DNA of 63,892 nt, counting the filler, from Octopus bimaculoides (Eukaryota), in assembly GCF_001194135.2 (NCBI RefSeq). It is 7 parts of 6 records of this genome, joined end to end, with 100 filler letters (N's around TTAATTAATTAA, not from the genome) between each part and the next. Parts side by side here need not be neighbours in the genome. Positions count along the whole stretch, not along the records: positions 1 to 28,362 come from NC_069007.1; 6 more parts are not named here. One strand, 5' to 3'. This document shows, one piece after another, positions 9,796 to 20,558 of this stretch (positions within the stretch are counted from its first letter, which is position 1; the number at the start of each line of letters is the position of its first letter). The translations under genes were made by a program, and so were the position numbers. The notes beneath the pieces are model-generated. The model worked only from the letters and a program-made list of their open reading frames with translations. It searched no databases and was not told the origin of the DNA.

Positions 9796-10292
9796 AGCAT
9801 TAGTGCCCCAAATTTAGTTGTGGAGCAAGGGTGGCGGCGGAGGGTGGGGCTTAACGAATACCATTACCAGTCTCTGTCCCACCCACCCCTCTACCTCTTC
9901 GTTTAACCCCCNNNNNNNNNNNNNNNNNNNNNNNNNNNNNNNNNNNNNNNNNNNNNNNNNNNNNNNNNNNNNNNNNNNNNNNNNNNNNNNNNNNNNNNNN
10001 NNNNNNNNNNNNNNNNNNNNNNNNNNNNNNNNNNNNNNNNNNNNNNNNNNNNNNNNNNNNNNNNNNNNNNNNNNNNNNNNNNNNNNNNNNNNNNNNNNNN
10101 NNNNNNNNNNNNNNNNNNNNNNNNNNNNNNNNNNNNNNNNNNNNNNNNNNNNNNNNNNNNNNNNNNNNNNNNNNNNNNNNNNNNNNNNNNNNNNNNNNNN
10201 NNNNNNNNNNNNNNNNNNNNNNNNNNNNNTCTCTCTCTCTCTCTCTCTCTTCCTCTCAATACTCATCTCCTTCTCTATTTTCTTTATTCTAG

Positions 10293-10352
10293 GATGGCTG
10301 TTCCTACACTTTCCGATGTTGCCGAGGTCCGTCCGCCTATGAAAGGATTTAA
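10293..10352 (+). CDS. M6PR-like: M6PR-like last coding exon DGCSYTFRCCRGPSAYERI*
   Basis: ttctag acceptor; DG continues the family motif LVxDG; TAA at 10350-10352; terminal YxxPhi motif. Confidence 0.9.
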   Translation, partial: DGCSYTFRCCRGPSAYERI

Positions 10353-10989
10353 TGTCAGAGCCTTCCACTTTGTCCGGCTGTTCTTCTATGCCCTATCAAC
10401 CCCCACACTTCTTTTTTTTTTTTTTTTCTTTTCTTAAATTTTCCAAACTCTGTGTCTGTCTTCAGTTCTTGCTGGAATCATCTCTACAACTATTTTCTTA
10501 TTGTCTGCACTCCACCACCACCATCATTATCATCACCATCATGATCATCAATCATAACGGTGCTCTTCCATATTGTGAACGTAGTAGGAGGAGGAAGAAG
10601 AAGAAAAAGATGACCCATCATCTGACAATCATTTCTTTCTACTACTACTACTACTACTACATCTGCTCCTTTAGGGTAACCAACCTCTATTTGGTTTAAA
10701 ATAAGGGGTGGAGAAGAAAGCTAAAATTACACTTTGCTGTCATTCAACACACACACACACACACACATGATCTCAATATAGATCTCCAGCCTGACACTTC
10801 AAAGCCCTGACATTTCAGGTCCCATCCCGCCAACACTACCCTGTCATACTGCCTTCACTCTATGCTATTACCACCCTACGTTCCACCCTGATTCAAGGAG
10901 CCTTAGCCTGTAAGAAAATATACAAACTCTACTCTGGATGTTGAGTACGTTTTTCCTTCTTAACACATTCATTCATTCGCATACATATC

Positions 10990-11061
<72 letters not shown>

Positions 11062-11521
11062 AGTGAGTAGACAAATGAAAGAAGGCACTCAACACATTTG
11101 TTAGGAGTTACATGTACAGATCAAAACAGTTCTATTCAGAATCCTTGGTACTCTGAGTTTCAAGCACATGACTGTCATATATATATATGTGTGTGTGTAA
11201 TCAATGAACCAAAAAAAATGTGCTTGTGTATTTGTCAATAGAGTGGATATATTAATCAAACGTGTACAATATTATATATCCATTACTGCTAATCTTACCA
11301 ATTTGCTCTTGGGGTTCCACAGGGTGTTAGATGACAATTATGTAACCTAGTGCTCTTATTTACTTCCATAAATGCCCTCTCTGACGAGTGCATGGTTACA
11401 TAAACAGGCTGTTATCTGACACTCCTTTGAAACCTTCGTGTGAGACTGATTGGTAAGATCAACCATAATGAATATACGATACTGTACACTTCAATTTATG
11501 TGTGTGTGTGTATATATATAT

Positions 11522-11573
<52 letters not shown>

Positions 11574-12189
11574 TATATATATGTAAACACATACACACAC
11601 ACACGTGTATATACAAATATGTACATGCTCACTCAGACAAGTATACGCATGCATATACATATAGACGCACTTGTGTATACATTTACTGGTTCCCTCTCTT
11701 TGAACTATTAGCGTGTATTTCAGACGGATTGTACCAGTGATATATCAGGTCCAGCCTTGTCCATGCTGGTTCAGCCCAAGTTACATCAAAAGTACACGTG
11801 CCTCTGGAGTACTCGGCCACTTAGTTATTATCTTAACGAGTGAAGTTGTCCAGTTGATTAAACGACCAACATCTCATTGACGGCGACCCTATCAACACTA
11901 CTACCACCACTACCACCATCATCATCATCATCATCATTTATGTATACCTAAGATCAATCTATTGATCTATTTGCTATCACTGATAGTGTGGTGTGGAGGC
12001 CCAAATGCCTTGCTTATAGTCACTCCATTACCAGCAAGAATTATGTTATTTATTGTTAGTTCTGTCTTCTTGCTGAAGACTAGGTCTTTGGTTTCATTTA
12101 TTGCATGTTTATGTGTGTGTGTGTGTGTGTGTATATATATAATGTATGTGTTTATAAATGTATTTGTATGTTTGTGTGTGTGTTTCTGT

Positions 12190-12495
12190 ATGTGTGGCTT
12201 AGTGTTTAGGGGTATTCGGCTCTCAATCATAAGATTGTGAGTTCGATTCCCGGGAGCACATTGTGTCCTTGAGCAAGACACTTTATTTCCCATTGCACCA
12301 GTCCACTCAGCTGACCGAAATGAGTAGTATCCATAATTCAAAGAGGGCCAGCCTTGTCACATTCTATGTCTTGCTGAATTTCCCTGTGAACTACATTTGT
12401 CTGTGGAGCGCTCAGCCACTTGCACATTAATTTCAAGAGCAGGCTGTTCCATTGGTTGGAACAACTGGAACCCTTGTCACTGCAACCAGTGGAGT
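12190..12495 (+). mobile_element. tRNA-derived SINE family D
   Basis: tggcttagtgtttagg (A-box-like)...gagttcgattcc (B box)...gtccttgagcaagacactttattt; reverse copy at 55300-55605. Confidence 0.8.
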
Positions 12496-12889
12496 GCCAT
12501 ATATATATACACACTATACAGAAATATATAGTATGCATGTATGTATACAGCTCGGACTTGTAAAGAAGACAGAAGTTCAGTTTTGGAGATAGTATTTTTT
12601 TTTTCCCCTCTCTCTCTGCTAGAATCTGAAGCCATTGCAAGTGAGAGGAAACAACAACATTTGGAACCAAGGAAAAATAAGACTTGTAAAATTGATGATG
12701 CTATCCATCAAGGTGGTGGACAGCAGAACCAGTAGAGCAACAAACAATGAAAATTGTGGTATTTAGTTTATTTCCTTTATTTTCTAAGTTGAAATCCAAG
12801 TTATTTATTTTTTTTTTTGTCTTAAATTCTTCCAAAAGGGCTAAATAATAATAATAGTAATAATAATAATAATAATAATAACAATAATA

Positions 12890-13450
12890 ATGAATGCCCT
12901 GATGCAGTACCAGGCAGTGGCTCTCATGGTTTCTGATCTTAATTTATTGAAAGTGTTATCATGTACATTGTTTTGTCTTGGTATAAAAGATGGGCTACAG
13001 TAAATATTCTGCTCAATACCACAGATTTGCTTGTCAGTTGTTTGACCATAACCAGTTGAGCATGTCCCTTGATGGCTGACGATATGTGCATCTCTGATCA
13101 TGAGTAGAAGTAGTGGAGGAGCATCATAGCCATGTGTCAAGAGGAATTTTTGTGGGTTTGGATAATTCACCTCTGGAAATATGGGTGTTTTGTTCAGCAT
13201 CCTTAAACAACCCTTATTCAGGGACCTTTTGAGCAGGATGGGCTACTTGACCAGAGGGAAATTCTAACTGGGCCCCCACATGCAAAGTCAAGTGCTGTTT
13301 ATCTTGATACGAGATCACCATGTTGCACTCATGTTGTGATGCATGTGCCTGGTGTACCCTTATCAGACGGGTAGTCATGATGGGTATACTGGGCTTCGTA
13401 TATTTGTATCCCAGTGTCACTTTGATGGCATGCACTGATCTCTCACTCAA
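12890..13450. mobile_element. Unclassified ~560-bp interspersed repeat embedded in (TAA)n
   Basis: (TAA)n on both sides; an inverted partial copy occurs at 19730-19890. Confidence 0.65.
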
Positions 13451-13721
13451 TAATAATGATGATTGTGGTAATAATAAACCATGTCAATCTACAGGTACAG
13501 ACAGGTATTTATGAAATTTAAAAGGAGTGACAGTGTCTTTAAAGTTTATGTCAGCTGACCTGTGAGTCCAACAAGAGCTAGCAGACCAAAACTTCACAGT
13601 CACTATCACCTCACTTCTTATAAAACTAATTATATATATATGTGGTCCATAAAAAGTTCTGAGTAATTCTCCATTTTAATATTAAACTGTTTTGTTATAA
13701 CTCAACATAATGACATACATA

Positions 13722-14075
13722 TGGCAGTGTGGTAAGAAGCTTGCTTCCCAACCACATGGTTCCAAGTTCAGTCCCACTATGAGGCATTCCGGGCAAGTGT
13801 CTTCTACTATAGCCTTAGTCTGACCAAAGACTTGTGAGTTGATTGGCAGATAGAAACTGAAAAAAGCCCGTTGTGTATATATATATATATATCTGTGAGT
13901 GTGTCTTTACGTCTGTATTTGTCCCACCTGCCCAACGCTTGACAACCAGTGTTGGTGTGTTTACATCCCTGTAACTTAGCAGTTGAGCAAAACAGACCAG
14001 TAGAATAGGTACTGGAGTCAATTTATTCAACTAAAATTCTTGAAAGCAGTATCCCAGCCTGGCCACAGTCTAATG
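13722..14075 (+). mobile_element. tRNA-derived SINE family B
   Basis: tggcagtgtggtaagaagcttgcttcccaaccacatggttccaagttcagtccc...; other copies/fragments at 19010-19215(-), 20995-21190(+), 22628-22890(+), 24610-24790(-), 25755-25900(-), 28515-28680(+), 45500-45660(-), 46795-46890(+), 50845-51035(+). Confidence 0.8.
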
Positions 14076-14103
14076 ATGAAACACGTTATCTATGTAATAT
14101 ATA

Positions 14104-14146
<43 letters not shown>

Positions 14147-14680
14147 ATATATATATATATATATGTGTATATATGAGAGAGAGAGAGGTGGGATAGGACT
14201 TGCTAAGGGTAATAAATATTCTATTTTGTTAATTACTTGAAGCAAATTGTATTTAAAAGGATTAATTGAATAAAATAGATGTTGATGTTTATCAATTAAT
14301 AAAATATGCATACAGTTCTAATTGAAAGACCTGTCTGTATTTCCAAGGAGTACAGAGATAGCAGGTGTGCAGAAATAGATGGTAAATACCTTTTGATGTG
14401 CATGTCAGAGAAGAACAAACACACAGAAAGGGAATATAGTCAACCGATTAGTTACTGTTTTAGTCATTGGAATGTGACCATTATAGATAGGGGCATGAAC
14501 ACCACCACCAGTAATATGCTGGGTTATGTTAATGCCCCACCCCCCTTGCTTACTTACTGCCACCTTGGAAGAATGGACCAGGTAGGATTTGACCTTAAAC
14601 CATAAAGGATTGTAAACAAAATACCACCAGGTGTGTTTGTTTGATGCTCTGCAGCCATCCATCTACCATATATATATACG

Positions 14681-14721
<41 letters not shown>

Positions 14722-14813
14722 ATAATAATATTAGGGACAAAATCCAAAATTACAAGTAAAAACTCCAATTAAAATCAATTTATAAAAAATTAAAATTAAA
14801 TTGAGCTTTATAG

Positions 14814-15110
14814 ATAAAATATATAGTTTTAGGGAAAATAACCAAGTTTCAAGAACTCATCGATGAAAATCCACTATCACATATAGAAAAATTAATAATT
14901 AAAAGCACAATAAATGAGTATAATATAAAGTAAAGTAAATATCATAAGATAAATATAATATAATATTATATTTATCTTATGCTATTTACTTTGCTTTATA
15001 TTATACTCATTTATTGTGCTTTTAATTATTAATTTTTCTATATGTGATAGTGGATTTTCATCGATGAGTTCTTGAAAATTGGTTATTTTCCCTAAAACTA
15101 TATATTTTAT
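14814..15110. repeat. 297-bp near-perfect AT-rich palindrome centred at 14962
   Basis: ataaaatatatagttttagggaaaataacc...ggttattttccctaaaactatatattttat; I count 3 mismatches in 148-bp arms. Confidence 0.92.
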
Positions 15111-15772
15111 ATATATATATATATATAGTAGATGGATGGCTACAAATATTGTAATATAAAACAAAACTTTGTGCCTTTGTGTACAATGAACTTTTCTACA
15201 TTATTTTATGATCCTTCTCATTCAGCAGCTTGAAAAAGCTATACAATTAAAACAGGTGCCTTATATGTGTATGTATTAATGAAGGATATCTTTAATAATA
15301 ACAATAATAAAGATGTGCAGGACTGTTGACTGTGTGGCCAGAAGTTCAAACCAAACAACTGGAGTCATGTTTGTTGTTCACTTTTCTGAGAAATCTTTTT
15401 TTTTTTTTCTATTTTATGAAAGAAAAATATTTAATTTCAACTTATTATAAATAAAAATAATTAAAAAAAAAAAATTTAGTCTTTTTTTTTTTTTCCATTA
15501 TTATAAATGTTTGTCAGGGAGCAAGCTGGCACAGTCATTAGCATGCTGGACTAAATTCTTTGCTGCATTCCTTTACGTTTCGTGTTCAAATTCTGGTGAG
15601 GTCAGTTTTGCCTTTCATTTTTTGCGAGGCCATTATCATTATTTAGCTTCTCTTTTCTATGCTAGCAGGATTCAGACGGTTTGACTGGGACCGGCAAGCT
15701 GGAGTCTGTTTTGGACTGATTTCTATGGCTAGATGCCCTTCCTAACAGCAACCAACTTACAGAGTGTACTGG

Positions 15773-16162
15773 GTGCCCTTTACGTGTCAATGGCACAGGT
15801 GCCCTTTACATGTCATTGGCACTGATGTCCTTTACGTGTCAGCGACACAGATGCCCTTTACGTGTCAGCGACACAGATGCCCTTTACGTGTTGGCGACAC
15901 AGATACCCTTTACGTGTTGGCGACACAGATACCCTTTACGTGTTGGCGACACAGATACCCTTTACGTGTCGGCAGCATGGATGCCCTTTACATGTCATTG
16001 GCACTGATGTCCTTTACGTGTCAGCGACACAGATACCCTTTACGTGTTGGCGACACAGATGCCCTTTACGTGTCGGCAGCATGGATGCCCTTTACATGTC
16101 AATGACACGGATGCCCTCTACATGTTACCAGCATAGGTGCTCTTTATGTGTTAGCAACATGG
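15773..16162. repeat. 26-bp minisatellite, ~15 units, grown from the end of a family C SINE
   Basis: Unit at(g/a)ccctttacgtgt(c/t)(a/g)gcgacacag directly follows ...cttcctaac...agagtgtactgg. Confidence 0.92.
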
Positions 16163-17481
16163 CCACAACTATGATTTCACTAAGCTCGCCGTCTTCTCAA
16201 GCACATCAAATCACCAGAGATCTCAATCTCTTCTCAATTAAATACCAGTCATATTCTGAGGTCAGTGTAATTGACTTTTACCCCTTCCTTCAAAAAAAAT
16301 AACTGGCCTTGTACCAAAATGACAAAGAATTATCGCAAATATTTCTATTTTTAATTGTTCGAAATGCTGACTGGTTTCCATGGCTGAGATGTTGAGATGC
16401 TACTTGTATGGCTTCCCAGGTCAGCCTCAATCAAAACCTGAAGACATGCAGATGGTCAGTCAAACAAGATGTGACCCACGGGTCTTTTAAGAAGTGCCTT
16501 TCCCTCTCTCAAATGAGAACTTTATGACACATTCAAACACACTGGTTAAGCATACAGCTTCCTATCTGGACACATTGTACACTGTCTACTTAGAATCTGG
16601 ACACACTCTCCACTGTCCAGTTTATTTCTGTATACTCTCAGATTCTGGTGGTGACCTTAGTGAAATTAAGATTACAAGTTACACTTAGATAGATTGTGGA
16701 CTAGGTGGGCTTAGTCTAGCAATTTTAATCGCATGGAAAGAGTTCAATCAATCAATTTGTATTAGATAACACACTTTTATGCAGGGCACAGATCTCTCCA
16801 TGTCTCGGTTAATTCATGGAGTTGGTTGGGTGGGTGAGGGGCATCCTTCTTTTGCTTTTCAGCACTTATTACCATTTCATATCTTCTTGGATCCCTAAAT
16901 TCTAGGTTTTGTTATATTAAGCTAAAATTATTATTAAAACAATTTTAGGATCAATGAAACCAAATCCTCTGTCTCTTACTTCTAACATTTTCCCCACAAA
17001 GCATTCAGGAACTTCTGTTAGTATCATTATCACTTAACATCCATCTTCCATGCATGCATGGGTAGGATGATTGACAGGCACCGGCCAGGTAGAAAAACTA
17101 CTCTAGGCTACTGTGTCTGTTTTGGCAGGGATTTTACAGCTGGATGCCCTTCCTAACACCAACCACTCTGCAGAGTGGGCCTGGTGCTTTTTATGTGGTA
17201 CTAGCACAGGCCTGGTTAGTTTTGGCATGATTTTACAGATGGATGCCCTTCCAGACACCGACCACATTACAGTGAGTACTGGATGCTTTTAACGTGGCAC
17301 CAGCACTGACAGGGTAACCAAGTAACTCACAAGACAAGGAATTATTAGAGGTACAGGACGTTTGTGTTAAAGGATGAAAGTTACAGTGTGGCAAAGAGAC
17401 AGAAACAGAAAAGAGTGTCTTGCCATTAGAGGAGGTGATCCAGTACCAAATGATGAAAGGTTAGTGTGACAGAGAAATAAA

Positions 17482-17716
17482 AAGGCGACAAGCTGGCAGA
17501 AACGTTAGCACACCAGGCGAAATGCTTAGTGGTATTTCATGTCTTTATGTTCTGAGTTCAAATTCCGCCGAGGTCGACTTTGCCTTTCATCCTTTCGGGG
17601 GTCGATAAATTAAGTACCAGTTACGCACTGGGGGGGTTGATGTAATTGACTTATCCCTTTGTCTGTCCTTGTTTGTCCCCTCTATGTTTAGCCCCTTGTG
17701 GACAATAAAGAAATAA
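17482..17716 (+). mobile_element. tRNA-derived SINE family A (well-preserved)
   Basis: agctggcagaaacgttagcacaccaggcgaaatgcttag...gttctgagttcaaattccgccgaggtcgactttgcctttcatcctttcgggg; further copies 20735-20878(-), 21555-21710(-), 23925-24140(+), 24150-24345(+), 26908-27120(-), 41813-42000(+), 54650-54868(+), 56945-57133(-), 62018-62215(-). Confidence 0.85.
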
Positions 17717-19222
17717 GAGAAATAGTATGTGATCTAGAAACAGAATGAAAAAGCTTGGTGAAAGCATCCAGCCTTGTCTGACACCAATTGTTGTTTTAAA
17801 CCAGTTATTTTACCTGTTCATTAAATAATGATTTTCTAACCTTCACTGCTACACTGAATCAAAAGGTTTTCTTTTTAAATCTCTGAAATTCTGGAAAATA
17901 TCCCATTGGTACACCAAGTATTTTTCTGCTTCATTCCATATTAATGTTACAAATCAACTCCCATGTTTCTCCCATCTTGGAACCCAGCCTATACATCTCT
18001 GCCATTTTTAATGTTGGTTTTATTCAAAGTAAATCACAGCTAAAAACCTAATTAAACAAACTAATTACATGGCTGTTTTTACACTTTTTGGTGTAACCCT
18101 TTCCCGACCGGGACATAACAATTGGTTCTGGTCAGTTACTTGGCCACAGTCCAGTTAGTAAAACACTTTTATATATTTTACAAACAGTCTCTCTATATCT
18201 CTCTCTCTCTCTCTCTCATATTCACCTCCTTCCATTAACAATTCTGTGTTTGTGTTATCTGTTCCAAGTAATTTATCACATTTTATTTTCCTAATTACTT
18301 GTTTAACTTCTACCAAAGTGATTCCTGACTGCTCTTGCTGTATATTAAAGGGGTGGGGTAATTTATTTATTGATTTAATACAAAATTACCCTCAAATGCT
18401 CAGTCATGTAATGTCTCTCACAGAATCCCCTCTCTCTATATATATTTCTTCATTTACTCTCATTTGTTGGTTGTCATATAAATCTTTAACAAAGAAATTT
18501 AGGACCCATTTTTTTTTTTAGTTAGAATTTAAATTGTAAACAATTTGGTGTCCTTTTCTTTATTGACCCTGGGACTTCTATTTCCACAGCTCTTCTATTA
18601 ATTCCTCAACCATTTTATTTCCCTTATTTTCCCCTTTTTTTTCACTTTTGGCCAATCTACATTCCATTTCTCATGCTGCATTTTTATATTGTTTCTGCTC
18701 TCAAATTTCTTCATCTCAATTGATTTCTTACCATCAATTGTTATTCCTTCAAACTCTCTTAATTCTTGACCATTTGCATTCAATACAAGACACATGTGAC
18801 TTTGAAGGAATTAAATTTAATAATACAAGACAAATTGAAATTCTCCTCTATGTTCTAAATTTTGTTACATTTACATCTTTGAATTTTTCAGTGGGATATT
18901 TCAGTCTTATTATTTGGTTCTTCATGACTAATTTGAACATAATTTTAATCATCATTAAGCTTGTAATATCGTCTTATATCTATTTTTTATCATTTACTTG
19001 TTTCAGTCGTGACACTGTGGCCATGCTGGGGCAACTCCTTGAAGAACTTTTAGTTGAATGAATTGAGCCCAGGACTTAAGTTTTTGTTTTTTAAAACCTG
19101 CTAATTTATTGTGTCAGTCTCTTTTGCCAAACCGTTAAGTTACTGGGAAGTAAACACACCAATACTTGTCAAGCAGTGGTGGGGGACAAACACAACACAC
19201 ACTCATACACAGATATCATGGT

Positions 19223-19456
19223 GGCAAAGTGGCTGAGTTCTTTTGAGCATTGGGCCTCACGGAGGCAAAGTGGCCGAGTTCCTTTTGAGCATTGAGCCTC
19301 ATGGAAGCAAAGTGGCTGAGTTCCTTTAGAGCATTTGGCCTCATGGAAGCAAAGTGGCTGAGTTCCTTTAGAGCATTTGGCATCATGGAAGCAAAGTGGT
19401 CAAGTTCCTTTTTAGCGTTGGGCCTCACGGAGGCAAAGTGGCCGAGTTCCTTTTGA
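19223..19456. repeat. 42-bp minisatellite, ~5.6 units
   Basis: Unit (g/a)gcaaagtggctgagttcctttt(g/a)gagcattgggcctca(c/t)gga; explains the 14-aa repeat ORF at 19216-19488. Confidence 0.92.
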
Positions 19457-20163
19457 ACTTGGCCCCTGCTCTCAAAAGTTGTTGGCATTGAACCCTACAA
19501 GGAATCAGTGCTCCATTCAAAGAAATATTGTGATTTCTGTGATTTATTCGCCATGGAAACCAGGTAACTGGTCTTATGAATCATAATTAACATCTTTCTG
19601 GTTTGAGAATAAAATCAAACAAGTTATTTGTGTCCCACTCCAGCTTGTTGCCATGTTATTCTTCTTATCCCTTGAAAGCATGAAAAATGGCTAATATTTC
19701 CTTCAAACTTTACTTTTCTTATATTTATTCAAACCCAAAGAATCCCTCTCAACACATAGCTATGATGCTTCCTCATTACTCCTGCTCATCATCACAGATG
19801 CACATATTGTCAACCATTAAGAGACATGCTCAACTGGTTAAGGTCAAGCAACTGACAAGCAAATCTGTGGTATTGAGCAGAATATTTGCTATAACAATAT
19901 TTCTGCTTCAGCAACTTGGCACTGAATCTGTCTGAAATGTAATGGAAAATAGGTCAGTTTCAAAACATTGATGTCCAGATGACAAAAGCAAAGTTTGACA
20001 GGAATAGTAGTCATTTCCTTTGATTTCTAAACAGAAGCAAATAGGAAATAACATTTATTGACCAAAGACAGGGCTGTTATAATACAGTCCTATATTTAAG
20101 AGAGGAGGAGTTATGTACATTATATACATTTGACGGATATTTGTCCTCATCTTGTTTGTTGTT

Positions 20164-20209
20164 AACACAATGTTTTGGCTGATATACCCTCCAGCCTTCA
20201 TCAGGTATC
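20164..20209 (-). ncRNA. Degenerate mirror hammerhead motif (left arm)
   Basis: Minus strand GATAC-CTGATGA-A-GGCTG...CAGCC-AAAA-CATT-GTGTT; GAAA changed to AAAA and ACGT to ACAT (CpG decay), probably inactive. Confidence 0.6.
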
Positions 20210-20256
20210 TTGGGGAAATTTCGAACCTAGGTTCTCATTCTTAAGGTATTTTTCGA

Positions 20257-20297
<41 letters not shown>

Positions 20298-20368
20298 TCA
20301 CTGCCTGGAATTGAACTCGAAATCTTGGGGTTAGTAGCCTGCAGTCTTAACCACTACGCCATATGCTC

Positions 20369-20441
20369 AGGCATATGGCATAGTGGTTACAAGCGCGGGC
20401 TACTAACCCCAAGATTCCAAGTTCGATTCCAGGCAGTGACT
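20369..20441 (+). promoter_or_regulatory. tRNA-like internal Pol III promoter (right arm)
   Basis: A box TGGCATAGTGG 20376-20386, B box GTTCGATTC 20421-20429, 45-nt spacing as in tRNA; no proper acceptor stem, so not a tRNA gene. Mirror boxes TGGCGTAGTGG / GTTCAATTC on the - strand in the left arm. Confidence 0.75.
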
Positions 20442-20512
20442 TGAATAATAATAATAATAATAACATCGAAAAATACCTTAGAAATGAGAACCTAGGTTCG
20501 AAATTTCCCCAA

Positions 20513-20558
20513 GACACCTGACGAAGGCTGGAGGGTATATCAGCCGAAACGTTGTGTT
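20513..20558 (+). ncRNA. Minimal type I hammerhead ribozyme motif
   Basis: GACAC-CTGACGA-A-GGCTG-gagggtatat-CAGCC-GAA-ACGT-T-GTGTT: stem I GACAC/GUGUU, core CUGANGA and GAAA, 5-bp stem II, palindromic ACGU stem III, GUU cleavage triplet ending 20553. Confidence 0.75.

Larger units (their letters stand above)
1744..10352 (+). other. M6PR-like: Gene span (5'-truncated by window edge): CD-MPR/ATG27-like mannose-6-phosphate receptor family membrane protein, 6 visible coding exons
   Basis: Exons of 103+149+85+77+127+60 nt join with matching phases (2-0, 0-2, 2-0, 0-2, 2-0, 0-stop), all GT-AG. Translation: FTYVESSDKYEYNPCKPFKATVNNGECAKIKDLA/LSLSTDDCRVLGEQSTAAFKGDTNDEGGIYIHYQYSNITTNNGIIKNITR/ISEVHMLCDKTQTFFMKEMARNLVSVTY/KFHLLTPYACKPVHHTLSTGSILLIL/FLLAFIIYLLAGFAFKHFYLGAQGVEIIPHYTFWSDFPLLVK/DGCSYTFRCCRGPSAYERI*. 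Family assignment from motif recall (YNPCxPF, RxSxVxLxC, PYAC, LSxGSILLI, GAxGxExIPHxxFWxDxPxLVxDG). Confidence 0.88.

Noticed and set aside
12623-12712. Candidate extra exon after pyrimidine tract (ESEAIASERK...)
   Set aside because: No recognisable homology, weak donor and no partner exons; the receptor ORF already ends at 10352.
18732-18799. Candidate minus-strand exon HMCLVLNANGQELREFEGITID with GTAAGA donor
   Set aside because: Isolated, no homology recognised, no compatible neighbouring exons found.
20369-20441. tRNA gene (apparent ACT anticodon loop)
   Set aside because: A/B boxes are present but acceptor and anticodon stems do not pair properly, and it is embedded in a repeated palindromic element; treated as a SINE head.
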